Part shown: positions 30,212 through 38,918 of the stretch, one piece after another
Layout of the letters: each line of letters opens with the position of its first letter
Position numbering within the stretch: position 1 is the stretch's first letter
Source: Nitrospiraceae bacterium
GTDB lineage: Bacteria > Nitrospirota > Thermodesulfovibrionia > UBA6902
Direction of reading: 5' to 3'
Assembly: GCA_003599025.1 (NCBI GenBank)
Contig: QZIL01000093.1
Span: forward strand, 24,512-88,511
Length of the DNA stretch: 64,000 nt
Made by a program: the position numbers and the translations under genes
The notes under the pieces: model-generated
What the model was told of the DNA's origin: nothing
What the model saw: only the letters and a program-made list of their open reading frames with translations
Databases searched by the model: none

Positions 30212-32518
30212 TTGACACGTAAAGATTCAACAGAATTAAGTGCACGCGTTCTGCTTTCCGGTGCCGGTCATTTCCTTATTGCACTTGCACTGACAATATC
30301 ATTAGTTCTTGCCGGTATTTTAACCGCCTCAGCTGAAACTTCTCCCCTTATCAAGATGATTGATATAAAGGGAAACCGGAAAATCAGTACAGATACAATT
30401 TACTCAAAGATGATCAGTAAGGCAGGCGCCCCTTTTTCCAAGAATACAGTACAGGAAGACATTAAAAAATTATACGGGATAGGTTACTTTGATGATATCA
30501 GGGTCGAGATAGAGGCATTTGAAGGCGGGGTCCGACTTGTCTATATACTCATTGAAAAACCTTCGATTATCAGTCTGGATTTTCAGGGCAACAAGGAACT
30601 GGAGACCAACAACATCAGGGAAAAGATCACCCTGACTACGGGTGCTATAGCCAACCTGGCCCTCATAACTGATAATGCAAAAAAGATCGTCGTCTATTAT
30701 CAGTCAGAAGGATACTGGCTCGCAACCGTAGTCCCTGTCATCAATAAGGTCTCGGAAGACGGCATTGCCCTTACCTTTCAGATACAGGAGGGGCCGAAAG
30801 TAAGCATAGACACGATCACCTTTGACGGCAATGAGGCACTTTCTGACAGAGAGATCAAGCGTGTGATGAAAACAAAGGAATGGTGGATATTTTCTTTTCT
30901 TACAGGATCGGGGGTTTACAGTGAAGAACAGATGAGGGCGGATTTATCAGCAATAAAGGAGTTGTGTCAGAGTAAGGGGTACATTTACATTGCCGTCTCT
31001 GATCCGCGAGTTGTGCTGAGTGAGGACAAAAAAGACCTTGATATTACAATATCAATTTCTGAAGGCGACCAGTACAGGGTCGGGAGTATAAAAGTGAAGG
31101 ACAACACTGTTTTTTCTGACGCTGAACTTTATGAGCAGGTCAGGACGGCCCCGGGGCTGATATTTGACAGGACCGCACTCAAAAAGGACATTGATAAAAT
31201 CATAGACCTGTATATGGACCGGGGCTATGCCCGGGCTGATGTTGATCCTATTGTTGATGTAAATAAGGAAGAGAAGACCGCAGACATAACCCTGTCTGTA
31301 ATTGAAGGGGGAATATACAAGATCGGCAGGATTGATGTCACCGGCAATATCAAGACGCGCGACAAGGTCATACGCCGGGAGATGAGGCTTGATGAGGGGG
31401 ATACTTTCAGCAAGAAGCTCCTGATGAGAAGCTATCAGAGAATAAACAATCTTAACTATTTTGAAAGCGTGGATATCAGGCCGACTCCCAAGGTAGAGAC
31501 CCAGCTTATGGACCTTGATGTCAGGGTGGAGGAAAAGCTGACGGGCATGCTGAGCATTGGAGGCGGTTACAGTTCCGTAGACAAATTCATGGTCATGGGC
31601 GAGGTGACCCAGACAAACCTGTTCGGGAAGGGACTGCATTTAAAATTGAAAGCAGACTTCAGCTCAAGAAGAACAACCTACAATTTATCACTCCGGGACC
31701 CCTGGTTCATGGACAAACCTGTCTCCGCAGCCATAGGCGTATATAATGAAGTTATCGATTACCCTGACTATGACAAGAAGGCCACAGGCGGCAACATAAG
31801 CTTCGGTAAAGAATTGTCCGAATACGTTGGAGGCAACATCCATTATGAGATTGAACAGGTGGAGATAACAAATGTTTCGGATGATGCTTCATCACTCACG
31901 AGAGAACAGGAAGGGTCAAAGCTCACCAGCAGCATCAGCCCTTCGATATGGAGGGACACAAGGGACAATTATCTTGACCCGACAACAGGTTCAAGGAACG
32001 CGCTTTATTTAACCGTTGCCGGACTTGGAGGAGACAACCATTTCTGGAAGATGGTAGTTGATTCCGGATGGTTTTTCCCTGTAATATGGGATACGACATT
32101 CGGCATACACGGACGGTATGGGGCCGTAAGTGGCTATAACAGTCATGAGGTGCCACTGTATGAAAGATTTTACGTTGGCGGCATTAATACCATAAGGGGG
32201 CTTGGATTTGGTGAAGGCGGCCCCATTAATGAAGAGGGTGAAGAAATCGGAGGGGTCCAGCAGATGATAATCAATGCTGAATATATTTTCCCTCTGGTAA
32301 ATGAAATGAAACTAAAAGGGGTGCTGTTTTTTGACTACGGAGGCGCCTTTGATCAGAGTTACAGCGTGTCTGAACGCAATATGAGAAGGACAACCGGTGC
32401 CGGGGTGAGATGGATGTCTCCGCTGGGCCCGCTGAGACTTGAGTGGGGATATAATCTGGACAAGAGAGAAAACGAGGGCCAGCATAAATGGGAATTTTCA
32501 TTGGGAGGGTTCTTTTAG
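30212..32518 (+). CDS. bamA: outer membrane protein assembly factor BamA
   Basis: 768 aa; TTG start; signal peptide, five POTRA-like repeats, Omp85 barrel ending ...WEFSLGGFF. Confidence 0.9.
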   Translation: MTRKDSTELSARVLLSGAGHFLIALALTISLVLAGILTASAETSPLIKMIDIKGNRKISTDTIYSKMISKAGAPFSKNTVQEDIKKLYGIGYFDDIRVEIEAFEGGVRLVYILIEKPSIISLDFQGNKELETNNIREKITLTTGAIANLALITDNAKKIVVYYQSEGYWLATVVPVINKVSEDGIALTFQIQEGPKVSIDTITFDGNEALSDREIKRVMKTKEWWIFSFLTGSGVYSEEQMRADLSAIKELCQSKGYIYIAVSDPRVVLSEDKKDLDITISISEGDQYRVGSIKVKDNTVFSDAELYEQVRTAPGLIFDRTALKKDIDKIIDLYMDRGYARADVDPIVDVNKEEKTADITLSVIEGGIYKIGRIDVTGNIKTRDKVIRREMRLDEGDTFSKKLLMRSYQRINNLNYFESVDIRPTPKVETQLMDLDVRVEEKLTGMLSIGGGYSSVDKFMVMGEVTQTNLFGKGLHLKLKADFSSRRTTYNLSLRDPWFMDKPVSAAIGVYNEVIDYPDYDKKATGGNISFGKELSEYVGGNIHYEIEQVEITNVSDDASSLTREQEGSKLTSSISPSIWRDTRDNYLDPTTGSRNALYLTVAGLGGDNHFWKMVVDSGWFFPVIWDTTFGIHGRYGAVSGYNSHEVPLYERFYVGGINTIRGLGFGEGGPINEEGEEIGGVQQMIINAEYIFPLVNEMKLKGVLFFDYGGAFDQSYSVSERNMRRTTGAGVRWMSPLGPLRLEWGYNLDKRENEGQHKWEFSLGGFF

Positions 32519-32564
32519 ATGCGGGTGTTTTGCTGTCAGTGTACAGCTATATAAAATTTAATGT

Positions 32565-32795
32565 TTCATAAATCAGGCAAGCGGCCTCGGAATCAAGTCG
32601 GATCGACTCGCCGCAAAACCTTTACAATGCGATTGAATATTGAAATTAAACCATTACGGCAGGACTTAACACCTGGTGAAATCCGGAAAGACACCATTTA
32701 TGCTTTCATGAATTTCGCTAACGTAACGCAGGTAAAGCTTTTCCATCAAGTCCGCTTGCCTGGCATAAACAATCTAATGCAACTGCAATATAAAT
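32565..32795 (+). repeat. conserved ~225-nt noncoding element, copy 1 (candidate sRNA or 5' leader)
   Basis: about 75% identical to 51836..52055 along most of its length; carries a 27-nt family-A fragment insertion; the overlapping 78-aa ORF is not conserved in copy 2. Confidence 0.5.
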
Positions 32796-32805
32796 AGGAG
32801 GATTT

Positions 32806-33324
32806 ATGAGAAAGATATTTTTTCTGATTATTATCATTTCTGTGGCCGCATTCAGTGCTCAGGCAGCTGAGCTCAAGATTGGATACATAGATTTTCAAAA
32901 GATCGTATCGCAATCCGAGCAGGGCAAGCAGGCAATGAAGACACTGGATAGCATTGAGAATGCAAAAAATGCTCTTATTAATGATAAGATCGAACAGATC
33001 AAGAAGCTTGAAGAGGAGCTGACCAAGCAGGGGGCTGTCCTTAATCTTGAGACCAAAGAAAAGAAACAGGCAGACCATGAAAGACTGATGATGGAATATC
33101 AGAAGATGAGAAGAGACCGTGACGAAGAACTGAAAAAGAATGAGGCTGAATTAATCCAGAAGATAGTCCTGGATGTCAGAAAACTCCTGGCAAAGATATC
33201 TGAAGAGGAGGGCTATGCGGTAATTCTTAATGAGGCCGGCATTGCATATATCCGCCCTGAGTCTGACATGACTGACAGGGTGCTTAAATTGTTCAATGAA
33301 TCTTCTGTTAACGTTAAAAAATAG
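32806..33324 (+). CDS. skp: OmpH/Skp family periplasmic chaperone
   Basis: 172 aa; signal peptide, KIGYIDFQKI start of Skp fold, coiled-coil body. Confidence 0.8.
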   Translation: MRKIFFLIIIISVAAFSAQAAELKIGYIDFQKIVSQSEQGKQAMKTLDSIENAKNALINDKIEQIKKLEEELTKQGAVLNLETKEKKQADHERLMMEYQKMRRDRDEELKKNEAELIQKIVLDVRKLLAKISEEEGYAVILNEAGIAYIRPESDMTDRVLKLFNESSVNVKK

Positions 33325-33351
33325 AGTCTTGCGACTGACTATTAATCTGCT

Positions 33352-34377
33352 ATGAAATTAAGAGAACTGGCCGACCTCATCGGCGGCAGGATAGCGGGCG
33401 ATCCCGAGGTAGAAATAACCGGAGTAGCAGGCATTGAGAATGCCGGAGAAGGGGACATCACCTTTCTGCATGACATTAATAATGTCCCTGCGGTGTCAGC
33501 CTCGGCCCTGATAGTGAAAGAAGAAATCAGCGGACTGAAGGCAAGCCTGCTGATAGCCGGCAACCCTCACTATGCATTTGCAAGGGCACTGGAGGTTTTT
33601 TATGTTAAGCCGTACAGTCCATCGGGCATCAGCGACAGGGCCCTAATCGGTACCAATGTCAGGATGGGAGACAATGTATCAGTCCATTCGAATGTGTATA
33701 TAGGCAACGATGCTGAGCTGGGGGCAGGTGTAACTTTGTCTTCCGGGGTCTTTCTGGGCGAGGGGTCTGCAGTAGGGGAAGGCTCATTCATCTATCCGAA
33801 TGTGACAATAAGGGAGAAGGTGAAGATTGGCAGGAGAGTTATCGTGCATTCAGGTGCGGTCATCGGTTCTGATGGATTCGGTTATGTTCCTGAAAAAGGC
33901 AGCCACTACAAAATACCGCAGGTGGGAGGTGTAATTATTGAAGATGACGTGGAGATCGGGGCCAATGTATGTATTGACAGGGGTACTGTAGGTAATACCG
34001 TCATAGGCAGCGGGACCAAGATCGATAATCTGGTGCAGGTTGCCCATAATGTAAAAATCGGAAGGAATTGTATAATAGTGGCGCAGGTCGGCATAAGCGG
34101 CAGTGTGGAAATAGGCAACGGGGCGATTATAGCAGGGCAGGTCGGGATCAAAGACCATGTTAAGATAGGCGCCGGAGCAATTGTTGCCGCACAGGCGGGC
34201 GTGTCCGGCGATCTTTCAGGAGGCCAGATATATTCAGGGAGCCCGGCAATTCCTCATGGAATATCGCTGAGGGCCCAGAGCATTTATTCAAAACTGCCGG
34301 AATATATTAAACGCATACGGGAAATCGAAAAGAAACTGGGGATATCCGGAAAGGTCGACGAAAAAAAGGACAAGTGA
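33352..34377 (+). CDS. lpxD: UDP-3-O-acylglucosamine N-acyltransferase
   Basis: 341 aa; N-terminal LpxD domain plus hexapeptide LbH repeats. Confidence 0.9.
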   Translation: MKLRELADLIGGRIAGDPEVEITGVAGIENAGEGDITFLHDINNVPAVSASALIVKEEISGLKASLLIAGNPHYAFARALEVFYVKPYSPSGISDRALIGTNVRMGDNVSVHSNVYIGNDAELGAGVTLSSGVFLGEGSAVGEGSFIYPNVTIREKVKIGRRVIVHSGAVIGSDGFGYVPEKGSHYKIPQVGGVIIEDDVEIGANVCIDRGTVGNTVIGSGTKIDNLVQVAHNVKIGRNCIIVAQVGISGSVEIGNGAIIAGQVGIKDHVKIGAGAIVAAQAGVSGDLSGGQIYSGSPAIPHGISLRAQSIYSKLPEYIKRIREIEKKLGISGKVDEKKDK

Positions 34378-34465
34378 TAAAACTGCAGCGGGCACTTTTT
34401 CCATAGCAGTGTTACCGTGGTCAAGTTTAGATAATACGAATAGCTGGACAAGGAGGAAAAGTCAG

Positions 34466-34906
34466 ATGATGAACATCCGTGAAATTCAAAAAATCCTGCC
34501 GCACCGTTATCCTTTTCTGCTGATCGACAGGATTATTGAAATGAACCCGAAGGAAAAGGCGGTGGGTCTTAAGAATGTAACTGCCAATGAGCAGTTTTTT
34601 CAGGGACACTTCCCGGGTTATCCAATAATGCCGGGCGTATTAATAATAGAAGCGATGGCCCAGGTGGCAGGTATACTCGCATTTCAATCCGGTGCCCAGG
34701 GGAATTCAGTATATTTTATGAGTGTTGAGAAGGCCAAATTCAGGAAACCGGTCGTCCCCGGAGACCAGCTCCGTTTCGAAGTGAACATAATTCAGAACAG
34801 AAGCAATGTCTGGAAATTTTCCGGGCAGGCCTTTGTCGACGAACAGGTTGTCGCAGAGGCTGATTTTACCGCTATGGTGACAGAACAGGAACTCGGAAAT
34901 GGCTAA
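34466..34906 (+). CDS. fabZ: 3-hydroxyacyl-ACP dehydratase
   Basis: RBS aggagg; LPHRYPFLLIDRI...GHFPGYPIMPGVLIIEAMAQ. Confidence 0.9.
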   Translation: MMNIREIQKILPHRYPFLLIDRIIEMNPKEKAVGLKNVTANEQFFQGHFPGYPIMPGVLIIEAMAQVAGILAFQSGAQGNSVYFMSVEKAKFRKPVVPGDQLRFEVNIIQNRSNVWKFSGQAFVDEQVVAEADFTAMVTEQELGNG

Positions 34907-35678
34907 ACAAAAAATTCATCCAACAGCAATAGTTGATTCAAAGGCGAAATTTTCAGAAGGAGTTGAGATCGGCCCTTACTGTATTGTCGGCGCCGGGGTA
35001 CATCTGGGTAAAAATACTAAACTGATTTCGAATGTTCATATAGAAGAGACGGAAATGGGCAGTGACTGCACAGTATACCCGTTTACAGTGATAGGCCTGC
35101 AGCCCCAGGACATGAAGTACAAAGGAGAGAAGACTAAAGTCCATATCGGCGATAACAATATTATCAGGGAGTACATTTCGATCCATCGCGGTTCAGTAGG
35201 CGGAGAGGGAATTACAAGAATAGGGAGCAATAATTTCCTGATGGCATATGTGCACATTGCCCACGACTGCCGTGTAGGAGACAACGTAATAATGGCCAAT
35301 GCCACGACACTTGCGGGCCATGTTACAGTAGAGGACTATGTTTTTATCGGAGGTCATGTTGCTGTGCACCAGTTTACAAATATAGGGGCATATGCCATGA
35401 TCGGTGGGTTCAGTGCCATACCGCAGGACATCCCGCCTTACACAACGGCGGCAGGCGACAGGGCCAAATTATACGGGTTGAACACAGTCGGTCTTAAGCG
35501 CCAGAATTTCAGCGACGCACAGATAAAGGAACTGAAACATGCATACAAGATACTGTTCCGCAGCAAACTTACACTGAAGGAGGCCCTTGCCCTCTTAAAG
35601 CAGGATGGAAAACTCTCAAAGGAAATAAAAAATCTGATCGAGTTTATTGAAAAGAACAAAAGAGGGATATGCCGGTAA
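34899..35678 (+). CDS. lpxA: acyl-ACP--UDP-GlcNAc O-acyltransferase
   Basis: 259 aa; IHPTAIVD start, hexapeptide repeats, C-terminal helical domain. Confidence 0.9.
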   Translation: MAKQKIHPTAIVDSKAKFSEGVEIGPYCIVGAGVHLGKNTKLISNVHIEETEMGSDCTVYPFTVIGLQPQDMKYKGEKTKVHIGDNNIIREYISIHRGSVGGEGITRIGSNNFLMAYVHIAHDCRVGDNVIMANATTLAGHVTVEDYVFIGGHVAVHQFTNIGAYAMIGGFSAIPQDIPPYTTAAGDRAKLYGLNTVGLKRQNFSDAQIKELKHAYKILFRSKLTLKEALALLKQDGKLSKEIKNLIEFIEKNKRGICR

Positions 35679-35690
35679 AGGCAGCGGCAA

Positions 35691-36560
35691 GTGGCAAGTA
35701 AAGAAAAGAACAGCTCACAGCCCGCGAACCCCGCCCCCCGCATTTTAGCCCTTATCGCCGGGATGGGGCAGCTGCCCCTCTCAATTGCAGTCGAGGCAAA
35801 GAAAATGGGGTATTATGTTGTAGGCATAGCCCTGCAGCCTCCTGCAGATGAGTCCCTGAGGCCTGTTGCGGATGAATTTCATAAGGTAAGAATAGGCAGC
35901 TTCGGCGGCCTGCTTGCATTACTGAAAAAACTGTCAGTGACAGAAGCTGTTATGGCCGGTAAAATCCCCAAAAAACTCCTTTACGAAAACAAAAAGAGTC
36001 TTATCCCTGATATCCAGGCCGTAAAACTTATCTTTTCCTTAAAGGACCGCGCTGATGATTCTATAATGAAGGCCGTTGTGAAGGAGCTTGAGAAAAATAA
36101 CGTTAAGGTCCACATGACGACCACATTTACCAGGGACCTCATGGCACCGGAAGGGGTTTTGACCCGGCAGAAACCTTCAAAGGATGACATGAAGGACATC
36201 GAGTTCGGATGGGCCATAGCCAGGGAAATAGGCAAGCTTGATATCGGCCAGACGGTCGTAGTAAAGAAGATGGCCGTGATGGCGGTTGAGGCGATTGAAG
36301 GCACTGATGAAGCTATTCTGAGAGGCGGGTCCCTCGCTCAGAAAGATGCCGTTGTAATAAAAGTAAGTAAACCCCAGCAGGACATGAGATTTGATGTGCC
36401 GGCAGTCGGGCACGATACGCTCGGCTCCATGAAAAAGGTCGGAGCAAAGGTGCTGGCGCTGGAAGCAGGGAAATGCATCATCGTTGATAAAGACCATTTC
36501 CTTAAAGAGGCGGACAAGGCAGGCATATCAGTCATTGGTATCAATCCTGAAAAGAGCTGA
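35691..36560 (+). CDS. lpxI: LpxI family UDP-2,3-diacylglucosamine hydrolase (DUF1009)
   Basis: 289 aa; GTG start; LALIAGMGQLP N-terminus; follows lpxA as in lpxI-type clusters. Confidence 0.7.
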   Translation: MASKEKNSSQPANPAPRILALIAGMGQLPLSIAVEAKKMGYYVVGIALQPPADESLRPVADEFHKVRIGSFGGLLALLKKLSVTEAVMAGKIPKKLLYENKKSLIPDIQAVKLIFSLKDRADDSIMKAVVKELEKNNVKVHMTTTFTRDLMAPEGVLTRQKPSKDDMKDIEFGWAIAREIGKLDIGQTVVVKKMAVMAVEAIEGTDEAILRGGSLAQKDAVVIKVSKPQQDMRFDVPAVGHDTLGSMKKVGAKVLALEAGKCIIVDKDHFLKEADKAGISVIGINPEKS

Positions 36561-36769
36561 GAGCTTCCTTATTTACAACTGACGAAAAGAATTCCTTGCC
36601 CTTTACTATAATAGCAATCGTAACCATTCACTAAAGGGTGGAAAGCTTCTGGTCCGTAATTTATCCGCAAGATAATCACTTCGGGAATCTGCCTTTTTAT
36701 TCCCCATTAAAAAAAGGGGGACACAGGGGGATATTGAAATAATACACACCCATAGTCCCTTTTACTGGT

Positions 36770-36803
36770 GAAGGGGATTCCGGACAAGCCGGAATGACAG
36801 GTT
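36770..36803. repeat. family-A element, partial (3' module ggattccggacaagccggaatgac)
   Basis: matches the right half of the 19543 copy. Confidence 0.5.
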
Positions 36804-36940
36804 ATCTCTACCCTTAAGTGAAGGGTTGCCGGCAACCTGAAATCTGAAATTTTCCCTACCCCTTTATCATTTGTTTTGTTATACTTATTTTATTTTTGTC
36901 CGGCTTTTCATTTAAATCAATCTTATATTGAGGCATAATA

Positions 36941-37333
36941 ATGTCCGATTTTGTAAAAGACGACATAGCACTTGCCAATGCTGTAGGCGCAGGCATTACT
37001 CATTCGTGTGAGTCGTTTGTGGAAGAATATACCGACCTTGTGCTGTCCAGGGTATGGAACCTTGCAAAGACTCACTGCGGACATCCTGCCAGAGAAAGAG
37101 TATGTTCTCTTGTCATACTTCAGAAACAGAGGAAAGGCTCTGATTATTACGTTGAAGACCAGTGTGATGACTGCCTGGACTCATACATATGGTTTTTTGA
37201 TTTCCTGAAAAGAAAGGTCAAGACATATAAAGGGACCAATAACTGCCGTCTCAAGACATATGTCTGGTCATTGGTCAACTCCAACTCTACATATATTGAA
37301 TGGTTAAGGTGGAAATATGGAAGGGCCTTTTAG
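36941..37333 (+). CDS. sigma-70 family region-2-like protein with Cys-rich insertion (possible split sigma factor, part 1)
   Basis: 130 aa; FVEEYTDLVLSRVW...TYVWSLVNSNSTYIEWLRWK resembles sigma70_r2; Cys cluster HSCES..HCGHP..C..DQCDDC. Confidence 0.45.
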   Translation: MSDFVKDDIALANAVGAGITHSCESFVEEYTDLVLSRVWNLAKTHCGHPARERVCSLVILQKQRKGSDYYVEDQCDDCLDSYIWFFDFLKRKVKTYKGTNNCRLKTYVWSLVNSNSTYIEWLRWKYGRAF

Positions 37334-37928
37334 CAAAACCGTCATAGAGAGGTTCCCGTCAGTAATTAAAGCCCTGAATGAAACCTGTCAGCAGGCTTTC
37401 ATATATCTGCGTTTAAGAAAAACAGAAACAGAAATATCAAGGCTGCTTAATCTGACTATTGATGATACTCGGGAAATGATAGAAACAGTCCGGAATGAAC
37501 TCATCAGGGCCGGTCTGCTCGACCTGATAGAAGATCCACGCTTTGTACCGATACACTCGGACGACCCTGACCTGCCTGACCTGCCGATTGAGGCAGGGGA
37601 ACTTGCTGCAGACAGCAGACTTATTGTCAGTGAATTCTTCTCACATCTCAAGGATGCAGTCACTAAGCTTCATGGTCATCAGACCAATCTGTTACGGCTG
37701 AGATACAAACACCAGCTTTCGGCCAAAGATATACTGGGGTTCTGCAAACATATTGGGACAAGCCTTGTCCCCGGCAGAGATGTTTCAGAACTGAAAGAAC
37801 AGGATGTCTTCTATGCACTCAATACAGCAGTAAAAGAGGTCCTTAAACAGCTGAAGTCCCGGTACAAGGGAGAAGAATCATTCAGTACGGAGAACCTCAA
37901 ATACATCTTTGAAGAGATTGGCTTGTGA
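37317..37928 (+). CDS. sigma-70 region-4-like protein with duplicated HTH (possible split sigma factor, part 2)
   Basis: 203 aa; +1 frame and 17-nt overlap with previous ORF; two region-4-like segments (QQAFIYLRLRKTETEISRLLNLTIDDTREM and NLLRLRYKHQLSAKDILGF). Confidence 0.45.
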   Translation: MEGPFSKTVIERFPSVIKALNETCQQAFIYLRLRKTETEISRLLNLTIDDTREMIETVRNELIRAGLLDLIEDPRFVPIHSDDPDLPDLPIEAGELAADSRLIVSEFFSHLKDAVTKLHGHQTNLLRLRYKHQLSAKDILGFCKHIGTSLVPGRDVSELKEQDVFYALNTAVKEVLKQLKSRYKGEESFSTENLKYIFEEIGL

Positions 37929-37981
37929 GAGGTTTAAATCTCCAGCATCCTGTCCGTCTAATTAAGAACGGGAGGTAATAT

Positions 37982-38875
37982 ATGGAACATATAAGTCTTG
38001 AAAAAATATTATCTTACACCGGGAAACGGCTCGATGACCGGGAGGCCCGTGAAGTTGAGGGGCATCTGGCAACATGTGAAAGGTGTCATGAGGTGTTTAT
38101 GGGCCTGAATTCAGCCGGAATTGCGGTGGGCAGGGCCTTTGATCCGGAACCTGCTACATCTTTATGCCCGGAAGACTGGGAGATGGCTGCACTGGTCCGG
38201 AAGGAACTTCCCTCCCAAACTGCAGAAAAGATAAAGACCCATTTGAAGGATTGCGGTTTCTGCGTTGACAGGGCTGCCGGATATTATAAGGCCTTGCATT
38301 TTGAAAGGCCTCCATTTATAACCCCTGAACAGTGGAAACATAAGGCCGTTCAGGGCATGGAAAACAGGCATGCAGTTATGGAGGAAGCAAAGGTTTCATT
38401 AATGCAACGCATTTTGTCTTCTTTCTCACAGATGACATCACCGCTGCCTGCTGTTGCCGGACTGGCTATAGCATTGCTCGCAATTGCCGTAATTACATGG
38501 ATCATCCTGCCGGGGAAAGGTACTCTGCAGGCCCTTGCATCAAATGAGACCCTGCTCATGAGGGATTCCGAAATCCCTTCATCGCTCGGTTTTTCCGGGA
38601 CTGATGATATAAGGGAAGTCAGCAAGATGGACATATCCCTTAACGGGAAGGAAATAATATTCATGTGGAAACCCATAGAAGGGGCGGTTGAATACAACTT
38701 CACGCTCATGGAAGGAAAACATCCTGTCTATGATGTGAAGACAGGCAACGGCGCACTGGTTGCTTTAAGCAATGAACTGATAGAGACACATACGACGTAT
38801 AACTGGCTTATTACCGGCAGGACAGCCGATAACAGATATTTTGAATATAAGGGCAACGTTGTACTGGTCAAGTAA
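37982..38875 (+). CDS. zf-HC2 anti-sigma factor, membrane-spanning
   Basis: RBS gggagg; HLATCERCHE and HLKDCGFCVD zinc-finger motifs; single TM (AVAGLAIALLAIAVITWIIL); periplasmic C-terminal domain. Confidence 0.6.
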   Translation: MEHISLEKILSYTGKRLDDREAREVEGHLATCERCHEVFMGLNSAGIAVGRAFDPEPATSLCPEDWEMAALVRKELPSQTAEKIKTHLKDCGFCVDRAAGYYKALHFERPPFITPEQWKHKAVQGMENRHAVMEEAKVSLMQRILSSFSQMTSPLPAVAGLAIALLAIAVITWIILPGKGTLQALASNETLLMRDSEIPSSLGFSGTDDIREVSKMDISLNGKEIIFMWKPIEGAVEYNFTLMEGKHPVYDVKTGNGALVALSNELIETHTTYNWLITGRTADNRYFEYKGNVVLVK

Positions 38876-38918
38876 CATGTCGATAGTCAGCAAGATAAGA
38901 AGTTGGGAAGTTAAGAAG

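Noticed and set aside
32561-32797. 78-aa ORF (MFHKSGKRPRNQ...) between bamA and skp
   Set aside because: It lies entirely within the duplicated noncoding element. The second copy (51836-52055) has in-frame stops, so the conservation is at nucleotide level and not protein level.
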